Source: Candidatus Latescibacterota bacterium (lineage in GTDB: Bacteria; Latescibacterota; UBA2968; UBA8231). From it: DNA of 64,000 nucleotides. Below are positions 1 through 11,101 of the stretch, piece by piece. The notes below the pieces were generated by a model that ran no database searches, was not told where the DNA came from, and worked only from the letters and a program-made list of their open reading frames with translations. How positions within the stretch are numbered: position 1 is the first letter of the stretch; each line of letters opens with the position of its first letter. The DNA lies in assembly GCA_965206595.1 (NCBI GenBank), contig OZ242214.1, positions 800,001-864,000 of the forward strand, given 5' to 3'. Position numbers and translations under genes: made by a program.

Positions 1-722
1 CGGAAGTCAATGCTCCAGCGGCATTCCCCGGTCTTGTTCACTTTGCTGGTGTGTACGCAAAGGTTCGACAGGAACAACGCACCGCCAGGTTCAAGAGGAA
101 CAGGTACTGGAGTGCCGCGCGCTTCAACATCCTCCTCCATGCGGACGTTTAAATCTTTACCTCGTGCACCTTCCAACAAACCCCAACGGTGACTGCCCGG
201 AATGACCCAGCAGCATCCATTCTCGACTGTCGCTTCGACGAGTGGCACCCACACTGTAACCATGCGCAGACCGCCCGTGTGCCTCTCCTTCTTCCCGATA
301 ATAAGCTGGTCCATGTATTGGCTGTCCTGATGCCACGGAAACGAAGTAACCACGCTGCCGGGGAGCTTTGTCCGCAACGCCGGGGTGCCGACGTTCGAGA
401 CCTCGGATCCAAGGAGAAGGCGCAGCACATCGAGAACACCGGGGAGGTTGTAGAGATCGTAAAACTCAGGTCCGAACATCCCGAAATCCCAACTGCGCGG
501 CGATATACCCAGTTCTTCGCAGACAGCGGCATACCGCCGCCCGAAGGATTCGTCTTCATGGCACGACGACAACTTCCCTTCACTGTACAACTCGCGGCTG
601 TACGCATCGACCTTTGCCTCGATGAATTCGCGGATCGGCTCCAGATCCCGGGCATCGATAAGGTCTTTGACCACCACATAACCGTCCCGCTCGAAAGCAG
701 TTCTGATTTCCCGATCTGTCAT
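1..722 (-). CDS. Phytanoyl-CoA dioxygenase (PhyH) family protein, runs off the window edge
   Basis: Not in the ORF track. Manual translation: MTDREIRTAFERDGYVVVKDL...FPWHQDSQY...VTVWVPLVEATVENGCCWVIPGSHRWG, with HxD and PGSH motifs. GGAGGAG RBS upstream. Confidence 0.9.
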   Translation of the reverse strand, partial: MTDREIRTAFERDGYVVVKDLIDARDLEPIREFIEAKVDAYSRELYSEGKLSSCHEDESFGRRYAAVCEELGISPRSWDFGMFGPEFYDLYNLPGVLDVLRLLLGSEVSNVGTPALRTKLPGSVVTSFPWHQDSQYMDQLIIGKKERHTGGLRMVTVWVPLVEATVENGCCWVIPGSHRWGLLEGARGKDLNVRMEEDVEARGTPVPVPLEPGGALFLSNLCVHTSKVNKTGECRWSIDF

Positions 723-797
723 TCGCCAATCTCCTCCCGTGGCTGTTGCACAATCAATGCTCAGAGGCTCGGTCCTCTCGTCATGTCCCTCCAGGTC

Positions 798-2417
798 TCA
801 CGCGTAGCTGATCGCCACCTCCACGTCCATCAGGACGATGTGCGTCGACTTCTGCACGGCGCCGCGCAGCAGCCGCACCTCCAACTCGTTCCCGCCCTTC
901 CTCAGCGGCGGGCCGCTCAGGTCGAACTCGATGGTCGCTCCCGCATAGCTGGCGTGGGTGAGCCTGGCGGGAAACCGGCTCCACTCGACGCGGCCCCAGT
1001 CCCCGAAGGTCGTCTTCGCCAGCTGCGAGCCGAGCTGCTCGCCGTTGAGCCACACCTCCATCTCGTCCTCGCCGCTGCAGCCCGTCAGCTTCAGGCTCAG
1101 GACGCACCGCTTCAACGCGCCGTCCGCCGCGGCCGCGGCCACGTCGTCGGCCATCCCGAAGCGGAGCGTCGGACCCCTCGGTGTCAGCGTCTCGGCCAGT
1201 GCGACCGGCAGCTGCGATGCCGGCACCGCGTTCTGGAAGGCGTAGTCGTGCAGGTCCCTGTCCGACAGGTCGCGGCGGTAGTCCCAGCGGAACCGCGTGT
1301 TCTCCATATGGTAGCGCTTGTCGAGCCTGGCAAGGGCCGCCGGGTCTGCAAGCTCGGCGAACATCCTGCGCTTCCACTCCGGCGGCTTGCTGAAGTAGTT
1401 GAACAGGTAGATGCCGGAGGCGCCGGCTTCATAGTGGTGCGCTGCGATGGCGCGGATCACCTCGTCGTCCAGGGCGGGCCGGAGCCGCTCGATGCAACCG
1501 TACACCAGGCAGCCACTGCCCTCGGCGGCCTCCACGAACTCCCCGACCGCCGTCTCGAAGGGGATGAAACCGCCGCCGGCGATGACGATGTCCACCAGCC
1601 CCTCGGCCATCCACGCGGCGACGTCGAGCCCGATTCTGTTGGCGTCGGACAGCGTCGGGGGCACCCTGACGGCGAGATCGATGCGGCGCCCCCGGCCCGC
1701 TCCCACGGCGGCCATCCGGCCCTTGACGTGGCGCACCAGGTCCGTCATCAGATGGCGGTTTGCGTAGCCGCTCTCGAGGGGGAAGAAGGTGGGATGGCGC
1801 ATGAAGTCGAGCTCGACGCCGTCGACGTCGAAGCGCTCGAACAGCTCGCATATGACCCCGGCCATGTGCCTGCGGACCTCGGGGTGGGTGTAGTCGACTC
1901 CGGTCCGCACCCCCCATTCGAGGCTGCCCTCGGGCAAGGTCTCGCCCGGCTTGCCGATCAGGGCCTCGGGGTGCTCGCGCCGGAAGCGGCCGCCTCCCGG
2001 CGTGTCGGGGTCGGTGTCGTAGTGGCTGTTCATCCGCACCGAGGGGAAGATGTCGAGACCGGCCTCCCGGCAGAGCTCCGCCATCGCGGTCAGGGGGCCG
2101 CCCCGTTCGTCGATGAGGCTGCGTATGTTGGCGGCGCAGTTCGCCTGGCGCCGGTCGTCGATCGGCGTGTGCTCCCCGCCTGGAGTCAGGCCCTCCAGGG
2201 ACTCGTATTCCCCGGCTCCGGACATCTCCCCCACGCGGGTCTCGTACTGGTACACCTCCCTGTCGCCGATGCACCACAGCAGCGCCCCCAACGGCGTGCC
2301 GCGGTAGGTGTCCACCATCTTCTCCTTGAGGTCGCGGGCGCTCAGAGGGGGTTGCGCCTCGCTGATGATCCAGCCGTCGTCGTTTACCAGGAGCGGGCGG
2401 TGGGTCGGTACGGACAT
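798..2417 (-). CDS. Glycoside hydrolase-like TIM-barrel protein (GHL10-like)
   Basis: LLVNDDG start, SVRMNSHYD, DYTHPEVRRH and FDVDGVELDFMRHP motifs. Start placed at MSVPTH behind a GAGG RBS. Confidence 0.75.
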   Translation of the reverse strand: MSVPTHRPLLVNDDGWIISEAQPPLSARDLKEKMVDTYRGTPLGALLWCIGDREVYQYETRVGEMSGAGEYESLEGLTPGGEHTPIDDRRQANCAANIRSLIDERGGPLTAMAELCREAGLDIFPSVRMNSHYDTDPDTPGGGRFRREHPEALIGKPGETLPEGSLEWGVRTGVDYTHPEVRRHMAGVICELFERFDVDGVELDFMRHPTFFPLESGYANRHLMTDLVRHVKGRMAAVGAGRGRRIDLAVRVPPTLSDANRIGLDVAAWMAEGLVDIVIAGGGFIPFETAVGEFVEAAEGSGCLVYGCIERLRPALDDEVIRAIAAHHYEAGASGIYLFNYFSKPPEWKRRMFAELADPAALARLDKRYHMENTRFRWDYRRDLSDRDLHDYAFQNAVPASQLPVALAETLTPRGPTLRFGMADDVAAAAADGALKRCVLSLKLTGCSGEDEMEVWLNGEQLGSQLAKTTFGDWGRVEWSRFPARLTHASYAGATIEFDLSGPPLRKGGNELEVRLLRGAVQKSTHIVLMDVEVAISYA

Positions 2418-2768
2418 TGCGTCACCTCGTTTGGTCAGGAAGTCATGGAAGCGTTGGCGTATCGAAAAATACTCCCGGGGGTAGTCCATGTCTCCAGAAA
2501 AAACCCAGGGTTCCCGGCAAAGCTCGCGTCTCCGGGTCACGGGCGGGCCATCCTTTCATCCGGGGCGATCGTGGCTTCTTCCTGGAAAGAATCGAGGCGG
2601 TCGCGAAAGTGTGCGTTGAACGCCCGGGGAAAATGGAGGAGTTGGGAGGCAAAAAGAAATCGGCAATCGGGGGAGCCCCCCGGGTGTGGTCGAGAGACCG
2701 CGGTCGAATCAAATTTCGAATCTCAAGAAGTTGGAGTTCACTCAAATGCGCAGGAGGGGCTTGCTCTC

Positions 2769-3887
2769 ATGGCTCAGGTTCTATCTCACCGCACCGTCGT
2801 CCGCGACGGCTGGCACAACATGTGTTCCGACCTCTGCTTCTGGCGGGACACCTTCTGGCTGGTCCACGATCGAACTTCGGCACACACAGCGCCCGACGGG
2901 GTCGTCGTCCTGCTGCGCTCGGCGGACCTGAGACGCTGGGACGAGATCGCCGTCTTCAGGACGCCCAACGACGCCAGGGACGCGAAGCTGGCGGCAACCG
3001 ACGATGAGCTCTTCGTGTTCTGCGCCGACAGCAGGTATGAACCGGTCGCCGGACGGCAGCGGCAGGTGGTCCACCCTTACGTCTTCGTTTCGGACGACGG
3101 CTACAGGTGGTCGGCGCCGATGCAGATCTACGACCGAAACTACTGGATGTGGCGCGTGCGGTTGCACCAAGGGGTCTTCTACTGCGCCGAAAAGGGGGGC
3201 GAGCTCCTGTCCAGCCGGGACGGCCGCAACTGGACGTTCGTTTCCAGAATTCCCGATGGTGAGGGAAAAAGCCGGCAGGAGCTGCAGGAAGCCCGCGAGC
3301 TCGACCACCGCACGACGCCGCGATTCAACGAAGCGGACGTCATCTTCCGGCCCGACGGGGAGCTGTGGTGCGTATCCCGGACGAGGGAGCCCGACCAGCA
3401 TTCGCTCCTCTACACTTCCGCCCCCCCATACAAGGAGTGGTCGTGCGTGGACCTCGAGACGCTGATCCACTGTCCGGCGCTGTGCGAATCGGGGGGGAAG
3501 GTGTACGTGGCCGGGCGCCGCGACCCCACCGCGCCCTGGGTCCCGCAGCACTCACCCCCGGGCAACACCGGGATCTTCCTGCTGGATCGGAATGGGGTGA
3601 CCCCGATCTTCGCGCTGCCGAGCGACGGGGACGCGGCCTATCCGGGTCTTCTCTCGCTGGAGGCCGAGCGGCTGATCGTCAGCTACTACTCGCAGCACGC
3701 CTATCTGAGCGGCGCGGTCGAGGGCGAGAGGAGGTCCCTTCACCACATCGAGCGGTGGGGTTCTCTGCGGCGAGAAGCGCCCCCGCCCGACTACCCCCAC
3801 GAGCTGTCGCACTTCAAGTCGGGACCTGCCGACATCTTCGTCGCCGAAATCGACCTGGCGGCCGCGAACGCGGAGGCGTCATTCTGA
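2769..3887 (+). CDS. Sialidase/BNR-like beta-propeller protein
   Basis: Real part of ORF 189..3887, starting at MAQVLS after a GGAGG RBS. HNMCSDL, SDDGYRWS and SRDGRNWT Asp-box-like repeats; GDAAYPG and SYYSQH motifs. Confidence 0.75.
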   Translation: MAQVLSHRTVVRDGWHNMCSDLCFWRDTFWLVHDRTSAHTAPDGVVVLLRSADLRRWDEIAVFRTPNDARDAKLAATDDELFVFCADSRYEPVAGRQRQVVHPYVFVSDDGYRWSAPMQIYDRNYWMWRVRLHQGVFYCAEKGGELLSSRDGRNWTFVSRIPDGEGKSRQELQEARELDHRTTPRFNEADVIFRPDGELWCVSRTREPDQHSLLYTSAPPYKEWSCVDLETLIHCPALCESGGKVYVAGRRDPTAPWVPQHSPPGNTGIFLLDRNGVTPIFALPSDGDAAYPGLLSLEAERLIVSYYSQHAYLSGAVEGERRSLHHIERWGSLRREAPPPDYPHELSHFKSGPADIFVAEIDLAAANAEASF

Positions 3888-3919
3888 GGTTGCCCCCACC
3901 CGATTACGTGCTCGGTGGC

Positions 3920-4030
3920 CCAGTACGCCACGTATAGAACGGCGGACCTTTTCGACTGCGACCCGTCCGTCTGTACCTGGACGCGCCCCACGTAGATGCC
4001 CGGCGGCACGACCAGCCCGCTGTCGTCGCG
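3920..4030 (-). pseudogene. Relic C-terminal FlgD Ig-like domain fragment
   Basis: Translates RDDSGLVVPPGIYVGRVQVQTDGSQSKRSAVLYVAY, resembling WDGRD..G..VPPG.Y C-termini. No upstream body. Confidence 0.45.
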
Positions 4031-6872
4031 TGCGGGCTGCCGCCGGCCCCTGCGCCCGGATCCCGGATGGTGCCTTCTGTCAAACGCGGTGCGCCGCGCG
4101 CAGGCCGGTGAGCGAGGCGCTCAAGAGGAGCCTGCCAATGATTCCATGCGAATGGTCGCAACGCCCAAGGACGGAATATCGATGTTTCCATCTACAACCA
4201 TTCCCCTTTCTTCGCCGGCGCTGCTCATCCTAAATTCCCAGGCTTCCGAACCAGGCCAATCAATGCTGACACTCTCGGTTTTGTTTGACAGGGACCGCAG
4301 GCGCAGAATAATACCTTTTCCGTCTGCGCTGGGCTTCAAGGTCGACGCAAATACGTTTGGATTGTCGATTGCCAGCCATGGCTTTCCAATCGGATTTTTC
4401 CCCGCAGGGACAGCTAAAAGAGGCTGATGCCCGTTCAAGGCAAATCTTTGAGCCTGGGCACCATCGTAGTCCCCGTGCGGCAGCATCTGGTAGCGGAACG
4501 AAATTCTACCGCCTTGCTCCAGAGGGAAATTGGTATGCCAGTGATTGTTCAACGCCCACGAGATCACTGTCTCCGATTTGGGCAGAAACTGTATCCATTC
4601 ATCAGAACCGTTTGCTCCGCCCAGGATGTTGGCGGTAAGGTCGCCGAACTGAACCACAGGGCTTTCAATTGAAACCCAGGTGATTCCGCCCTCGGCATCG
4701 GAAACATCTATCCATCGCTGCATAGCCAGCCAGTTACGGTTGCCCCCGGGAAGTTGGTCCGTTCCCGGGGTCATGATGCCCCAGGGGATATCCATACGAA
4801 CGATACCTCCAGGGGCATTGAAGGGGAAGCCGAAATGTACCCCTTCTTTTTCCCGGGTGGAAATCTTGTCGAGTGTATTTACCAGTTCCACATGAGGCTG
4901 CCCTGCGATGACCCTTATTTCCCTGGTTATGGAATTACAGCCCTTGCCATCCGCCTCGACGACTAAGCTGCCGAGCAACGGTCCGTGCTCGTTAACCGAC
5001 ACAATCGCGTTGCTTGTGCTGGTCGCCTTGCTTCGATCGACGCCGGGCAGATACCAGTAGGAATTCATTCCGAATCTGGATTCCCCATCGACATAGTCGC
5101 GCATATTCTTCCGATCCAGAAGTTTGGTGATATTCCCGGTTTCGGGATCGACATCCACCTGGATCAGGGAATTCCCAATGGTATTCCCGGCAACGCTGCA
5201 ATCGCCGCCAGGCAACGGGTTGTCTTCGGTTATGTGATAGAGCCGCGAGCCGAACGCCGGGATGTCTGCGCTCCAAAACGCGAGTTCCCCCGTGGACAGT
5301 CTTTGCGAAGGGACTTTCTGTTTCAGGTCATTCACCACACAATCCCCTGTCTTGCTTTGTTCGAGAGAAAGTGTGATCAGGCCCGAGCGTTTCCATGACT
5401 GGGTATTGAGAACGACAATCGAGTTGCTGCCGGGGGCGGCGATCGAGCCCAGGGTGCTTTCCAGCAACTCACGGCTGGTTTTGTCGGCATTCTCGAAATA
5501 GGATGCCTTCGTCGCTTCAATTTCCCTGGCGATGGGATCTTCAGGGTTCCAATATCCCCAGGTATGTTCACTGCCGAGGAGAACGTACCGCCAGGAATCC
5601 CTGAAGGCCTCGAGAGGAGCTTTTTCATTGCGATTGAGCATGCTCCAGAGGATTTCCGTTTGTACGAGCCGCTCCTTGGCGCAGCGATTCATTCCTCCAC
5701 GGCGAGCGTCGGTCCCCTGGCCGTCGGTCCAGTATTCAGTGTAATCCCCTTTGACTTCAGGGATGATGTCGGCATAACGCCGCTCGAATTCGGCCATGAT
5801 CTGGTCAGTGCCGGCGATGACGAGTTTGGGATAAGCGTACTTTTCATTCCAAAGCCTTACCGCTTCAGGCAGATCGGCATCGATGAGGGCATTGTCCGCC
5901 ATCGCCCAGGTCATGACGAATATCTCATATGGATGGCCGGCTTCCTCGAGTTTGGCTATCTCATCAAAAATAAATGGATCCAGAAAGTTGGCCTCCGGAT
6001 CGTCGGTGCGAAGGCGATCCAGGTCTGACGTGTAAGTCTGGATTTTTCTATTCCGTAAATTTCCGCACCCTTTATCAAAAAGCCGTAACCATACGGCCAT
6101 CCCTGCATAAAGAAGATGCGTGTTTTCCTGTCAGGGGCGATCCAATAGAACGCTTTCTGATCCCAGGTAATCCGGGCACTGCCAATGCGATCGAAATGGT
6201 TGGGAAATAGAAAGAAACCGCGCACGCCGTTCTGGGCAGCCGCCTGCACCGTACCCCAGCTGGCGCCCGGGATATCGAACTGCACCATGGTTTCAATTGG
6301 CGCACCGGTAAGCTTGCGGAGCTCATGGCAATTGTTGAACAGACGGATAATCTCTTCGTCGGAAGAGACGCTGGTGTTCTGATTGCCGAAAGTGGCATTG
6401 AGGCCAATACGCCCCTGCTTCACCGCCTTGACGAAGTCATTGCGTTTTTCAGCGCCCGCCTGCTCGAGATAGCCCTCTACCGCCCAGGTAACTTCCGGAT
6501 TCCAGACGAATTTCGCTCCTTCGGGATAATCGGCGGTTTTGTCCGCCATATCGATTCCGACATCTATATTGCGCATATGAAGCTTTTTGACGGTTTCCTG
6601 CGGGGCGGTATAGCCGATATCCACGTGTGAGTGGGGATAGATATAAACCGTCCACTGACGCAGCGGAGCGATGCTCACCGTCTTCTGCAACACCTGACTG
6701 GCAGTTTTCAGGGTAAACGACACCTCCGCTGTATTTTCAACGGCAACGCCTTCAGGAAGCGTAATGGAAATGCTGTCCCGCCCTTCCGGAAAAGGTTCGA
6801 CATCGGTGGCTTCGGGGAAATTCCCGCCTTCGACACTCAGGGTCGCCGGTTCGTGAAGCCTGCCTCCTGTCA

Positions 6873-8733
6873 CCCCTTGTTATTCATGGAATTTTAGTGG
6901 AGAGGGCTGTACTGGGTGCCTCCCATGCTTAGATTTCAGAGGGAAACACAAGGCAGTATCGCCCTTTGAACCCATCACACAGTAGGACACCCAATGGGTG
7001 AATTACCGTCACACACCGAGTCCGAGCAAGCCGGGCCGATTCAGCCGTCTTTCAACCGCTCCATCCACATCGAAGCCCGCCCCACCCACCTTGGCAGCGA
7101 CACCGGTGCGCTGATGTTGCGTCAACTGCTCGAACACAGCCGGGTTCTGGATTGGCTCGACGCCCACTTCGAGGATCTCCGTACCCAAGACCAGATCACG
7201 CACCCGCTGCCGGAGCTGCTGCGCACACAGATCGTGCTGCTGGCACAGGGCTGGACCCACGCCGCCGACGCCGACGCGTTGCGCCAAGATCCGATCCTGC
7301 GTCTGGCGGTCAGCGATCGCAAAGGGCAGGCGCCGTTGCGCAGCGGCGACGAAGACCGGCCGCAGGGACTGGCCAGTCAGCCGACGCTGTCGCGCCTGCT
7401 CGAGCAAGCCTCGACTGCCTATAACCGCGAGGTGTTGGAGGAAGCCGTCCTGCGCAGCGCCCGGTCTCGTTGCCGGCTGCTGGAAGGACGGATGAAATAC
7501 GAGGAGTTGGCCGTCGACATGGATGCCCTGCCGATGCCGGCGCACGGGCACCAGGCGGGGGTCGAATACAACGGCTACTTCCACGCCTCGGGGTACCATC
7601 CCCTGCTCCTCGGCTCGGCGCAGACGGGCGATTTCTTCGGTGCCGTGCTGCGGCCGGGCAACGTGCACGCCCATGAGGGCGCCTCAGAGGCTCTCGGCAA
7701 GCGCTTGGACTGGATTCAGTCGCATCTGGCCCGGCGCCTCATCCTGCGCTTCGACGCGGCCTCGGTGAGCGGGTCTTTCCTGAGTGAGCTGGAAGCGCGG
7801 GCCGACACCTCGTACGTGGCGCGCATCAAGAAGAATGCGCGCCTGGAGGAGCTGGCTCGTGCCTGGGTGGAAGGCTATCAGCAGGAGCTGGCGCAGCACC
7901 CGGAAGAGCTGCGGGAAGAGGGTTTTCGCTGTCGCGAGCTGCGCTATCAAGCCAGGTCCTGGGCGCAGCCCCGGCGGGTGGTGTTGGTCCTGGTCCCTTC
8001 CGAGACGGAAGAGCTGCCCATCGCCCGCCACTTCTTCCTGATCACCGACCAGAGTCCCCAGACGATGAGCGGCCGCGACCTGGTCGCCTTTTATCGTCAG
8101 CGCGGCCTTTTCGAGCGCATGCTCGGCGAGTTGAGCTCCACCCTCCAGCCTCAGCTCTCCTCTACCACCCGTCGCAAGCAACACTACCGGGGTCGAGAGC
8201 CGCGTCAGCGCACCCCGTCCCGGGATGCCTTCGCTGCCAACCAGGCGCTTCTGACCTTGAACCTGCTGGCCTACAACCTGCTTCACCTGGGCCGCCAGGC
8301 CGCCGAACGCGCCGAGGCCCGACGCGGGCGGCCCCGCACATACGGACGCTCGACGACGGCCCTGAGCCTGGACAGTTTTCGACGGCGCTACCTGCGCCTG
8401 CCGTCCCGCGTCACCTTGCATGGGCGCAGGGTGGGCGTCATCCTGACCCAAGGGACGGCGGCTGCCTGGGATCGTCTGTGGAGATTTCTGGCCACGCTCA
8501 AACCGGTGGACGCGGCGATGGCGTAAGCGCAGGCCGGGTCGGTCGGGATGATGGGCTCGCAAAGGCAAGCGTCTTCGAGAAGGCGCGTACAATTTCAACA
8601 AGGTCGGTAGAGATAAGGAGACGGCTCTACCCAAAAAGCCGACTATAGAAGGGACGCAAGCCTCTGAGGCTAAGCAAAGGGGTCTCGGAAGCGCCTATGT
8701 CCGCTTATGCGCGGGTTGAATGAATAACAAAGG
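6873..8733 (+). mobile_element. IS1380-family insertion sequence, copy 1
   Basis: Terminal inverted repeats CCCTTGTTATTCAT / ATGAATAACAAAGG. GTCA duplicated at 6869-6872 and 8734-8737. Near-identical copy at 18138-19997. Confidence 0.93.
6994..8526 (+). CDS. IS1380-family DDE transposase
   Basis: SDTGALML, LASQPTLSRL, DMDA..AHGHQ...YNGYF..GYHPL, LRPGNVH and FYRQRG..E motifs. Confidence 0.93.
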   Translation: MGELPSHTESEQAGPIQPSFNRSIHIEARPTHLGSDTGALMLRQLLEHSRVLDWLDAHFEDLRTQDQITHPLPELLRTQIVLLAQGWTHAADADALRQDPILRLAVSDRKGQAPLRSGDEDRPQGLASQPTLSRLLEQASTAYNREVLEEAVLRSARSRCRLLEGRMKYEELAVDMDALPMPAHGHQAGVEYNGYFHASGYHPLLLGSAQTGDFFGAVLRPGNVHAHEGASEALGKRLDWIQSHLARRLILRFDAASVSGSFLSELEARADTSYVARIKKNARLEELARAWVEGYQQELAQHPEELREEGFRCRELRYQARSWAQPRRVVLVLVPSETEELPIARHFFLITDQSPQTMSGRDLVAFYRQRGLFERMLGELSSTLQPQLSSTTRRKQHYRGREPRQRTPSRDAFAANQALLTLNLLAYNLLHLGRQAAERAEARRGRPRTYGRSTTALSLDSFRRRYLRLPSRVTLHGRRVGVILTQGTAAAWDRLWRFLATLKPVDAAMA

Positions 8734-8979
8734 GTCAGGGAAACCGTTACCTGCCGCCCCGCCTTGCCGTCGCTGCGATGGCCATAAGCGCGGCCGGGGA
8801 CCACCTGCATGTCATCCAGACGGGAAATAGCATCTTCTTTCATCGGTTCTTTTCTTTATTCCAGGACCGGAAGCGCTAACGAGGCAGGGGACCTGTTGGG
8901 AACTGTTGAAGGGAATGGGGTAGTTGGGGTCCGCATCGACCTGGCATCCGCCCCACTCACTATCCTCGGACAGGGCGAA

Positions 8980-9083
8980 GGCCGCGCCTCGCGCATCCAC
9001 TTCTCGACGCGCTCGAGGTTCGCATCCGGATCACCCATGACGCTGTGCATTGCGATCGCGGCGACCCGCGCCGTGTCATTCAT
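8980..9083 (-). pseudogene. Nitrilase/carbon-nitrogen hydrolase N-terminal fragment
   Basis: MNDTARVAAIAMHSVMGDPDANLERVEKWMREA matches nitrilase N-termini, then similarity stops before the catalytic Glu. Confidence 0.6.
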
Positions 9084-9089
9084 CCGTAT

Positions 9090-9959
9090 TCATTCCGAAG
9101 CATGCCGAGAGGTTCCGTTGGCTACGTAATGCCGGTAGAGCGGCTTCACCTCCTCCGGCAGCCCTTCGTACACGTCCCGGCGCAGCGGCTCCATCTCGTA
9201 GTTCTTGCCGCGGGTCTCCACCACCATCATCTCGTGCTCCGGCGTGCCTGTCTGCGCCGGATTCAGGTTCAGCCACCAGGGAGCGTAGCGCACGATCAGC
9301 GCCACCCGGGGGCTGCCGCTCCGGTTGGGGGCCACCGCGTGCCACTGCCGGCTGTCGGAGAGCAGCACCGATCCCGCCCTGCCCTCGGCGTGAATCTCGG
9401 CCGGCTGGGGTGCCTCGTGGTCGAACCCGGGGAGGTCTCCCTGCGCCGGATTGTGGTCCTTCCGGTGCGTGCCCGGCAACAGCAGCGTCCCGCCGTTGGC
9501 CGCGGAGAAGTCGGTCAGCATCCACAGCGACGACGCGTGCATCATCGCGTCCTGGTAGGGGGCGCGGACGTTGGAGGCGTTGGTCTGGTTGAACGGCCAG
9601 TCCGCGTGCCAGTAGCCGCGCTCGTTGCCCGGGTGGTTGACCACGGCGTCGGTGCAGGAGATCCGCAGCCAGGGGCCGAAGAAGACCTCGAGGGCCCCGA
9701 CGATCCGCCGGTCGGCCAGGAACGGCGCGAACGACTGGTCGTGGTTGAGCACCTGCTTGAGGACGCCGACGCCGCGGGCTCCGATGCGGTGGCCCCTGGC
9801 GCGTGTCGCCCTCTCCCTGGCCTGGTTGGCGGCGTCGTTGGCCTCCTGCGCCCGCACGACGCGCTCCCGAATCCTGCCGACCTCCCCGGCGGGGATGACG
9901 TCCTCGACGATACAGTAGCCGTTTTCCCTGATCTGCTGCGCTATTTCAGCTGGTTCCAT
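9090..9959 (-). CDS. PhyH-family dioxygenase
   Basis: ENGYCIVEDVI, WHADWPF, LTDFSAANGGTLLLPGTH and WHAVAPN.S..PR motifs. Confidence 0.9.
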   Translation of the reverse strand: MEPAEIAQQIRENGYCIVEDVIPAGEVGRIRERVVRAQEANDAANQARERATRARGHRIGARGVGVLKQVLNHDQSFAPFLADRRIVGALEVFFGPWLRISCTDAVVNHPGNERGYWHADWPFNQTNASNVRAPYQDAMMHASSLWMLTDFSAANGGTLLLPGTHRKDHNPAQGDLPGFDHEAPQPAEIHAEGRAGSVLLSDSRQWHAVAPNRSGSPRVALIVRYAPWWLNLNPAQTGTPEHEMMVVETRGKNYEMEPLRRDVYEGLPEEVKPLYRHYVANGTSRHASE

Positions 9960-10234
9960 GCGGCTGTCCTTTGCCCAAGAGCAGGTTCAGTTTCCGGACC
10001 GGTAGGATTGCCAGGGAGCGGTTTCCTGGCAAGTTGCATGGTCCTGTGTGCATGATTGGCGCAGAAACGCGCCGACACGTGCGGAAATCCCTGCAGCATA
10101 CGGGGCGAGGTAACCTGGACGAACCAGAACACCCTGTCGTTCGACCGGCAGACAGGGGCGCTGCCCCTGCATCGGAACTTCCCCGATCACGCCGCAACCT
10201 GCTTGCGGATTACCCGGAAAAATGGAAGGAAATC

Positions 10235-11035
10235 ATGCCCAATCCCGAAACGAATGCCGACAATCTGCCGCAGATCCCGCTTACGGAAGAACAACGCTTT
10301 CTCTTCGATACCCGGGGGTGGCTTCTGATCCCCGGCGTTCTAAACGAATCGGAGATTCAGGAGATGCGGGAGTTCTGCTACCGGCTCCAACAGGAACCGC
10401 GTTCGATTCCCGAGCACCACCGCTATTCCATCGGCGGTCCCCTGGAGCGCCTGACCGACCATCCGGCGGTTCTCGGGTTCATGAACGAGTTCCTGGCCTC
10501 CGGCAACGCCAACGAGAACTGTTACGACTTCCGGCAGGAAGGCACGTTTCTGACCATCCGCGCGAACGGTCACGACAACTTCCGGCCCCACGGCGGGCGC
10601 GGGATGCTCTTTCCCGGCAACTCCCATACCTATCACCTGAACCACGACAAGGCCCACAGCGGGTTGACGCGCGTCGTCTGGGAGCTCAACCCGGTTCGGA
10701 AAGGCTGCGGCGGAACCATGTTCCTCACCGGCAGCCACAAGGGGGCGTTCCCCGCTCCGCAATCGACCGCGGATCCCGGATCCCCGTTGTGGGAGGACTA
10801 CACCTGCCCCGCCGGCTCCCTGCTGTTCTTCACCGAGGCGATCACACATACCGGCGCCCGATGGACGGACGAGAGCGTCGACCGGGTGGCGATCTTCAAC
10901 TGCTACAATACCGTCGGCAGCAAGTGGCACAGCTGGGAACCACATCCGCAGCACCTCGAGGAGATGCCGTTCCAGCGGCAGACCCTCTTTCGGCCCGTCC
11001 ACTGCGACCATACCCCGACGTTGGATGATGCTTAG
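10235..11035 (+). CDS. PhyH-like dioxygenase
   Basis: LTEEQRFLFDTRGWLLIPGVL, GGTMFLTGSHK and PAGSLLFFTEAITH motifs. Start moved to the ATG behind an AGGA RBS. Confidence 0.85.
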   Translation: MPNPETNADNLPQIPLTEEQRFLFDTRGWLLIPGVLNESEIQEMREFCYRLQQEPRSIPEHHRYSIGGPLERLTDHPAVLGFMNEFLASGNANENCYDFRQEGTFLTIRANGHDNFRPHGGRGMLFPGNSHTYHLNHDKAHSGLTRVVWELNPVRKGCGGTMFLTGSHKGAFPAPQSTADPGSPLWEDYTCPAGSLLFFTEAITHTGARWTDESVDRVAIFNCYNTVGSKWHSWEPHPQHLEEMPFQRQTLFRPVHCDHTPTLDDA

Positions 11036-11101
11036 GGATTCTGGGCCGCTTGATTTACTGGGTGACACTGGACCGCAAAGAGCAGGGTTCGAGCCCTTTG
11101 C

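Larger units (their letters stand above)
4121..8843 (-). pseudogene. GH38 alpha-mannosidase-like gene interrupted by IS1380 and one frameshift
   Basis: HSHVDIGY, DIPG and SEHTWG motifs and a GH38 C-terminus (NNHWHTNF). The 5' part MKEDAISRLDD...RQVTVSL (8843-8735) rejoins in frame with TGGRLHEP when the IS is removed. Frameshift at the T5 run 6043-6047. Visibly lower GC than the flanks. Confidence 0.85.

Noticed and set aside
189-2768. 1232-aa ORF 189..3887
   Set aside because: The first ~860 codons are the antisense shadow of the PhyH and GHL10-like genes plus intergenic DNA. Only 2769-3887 looks coding.
3920-8940. A single FlgD-domain gene split by insertion of GH38
   Set aside because: The two relics are short and appear to be different FlgD subtypes. 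No junction evidence links them.
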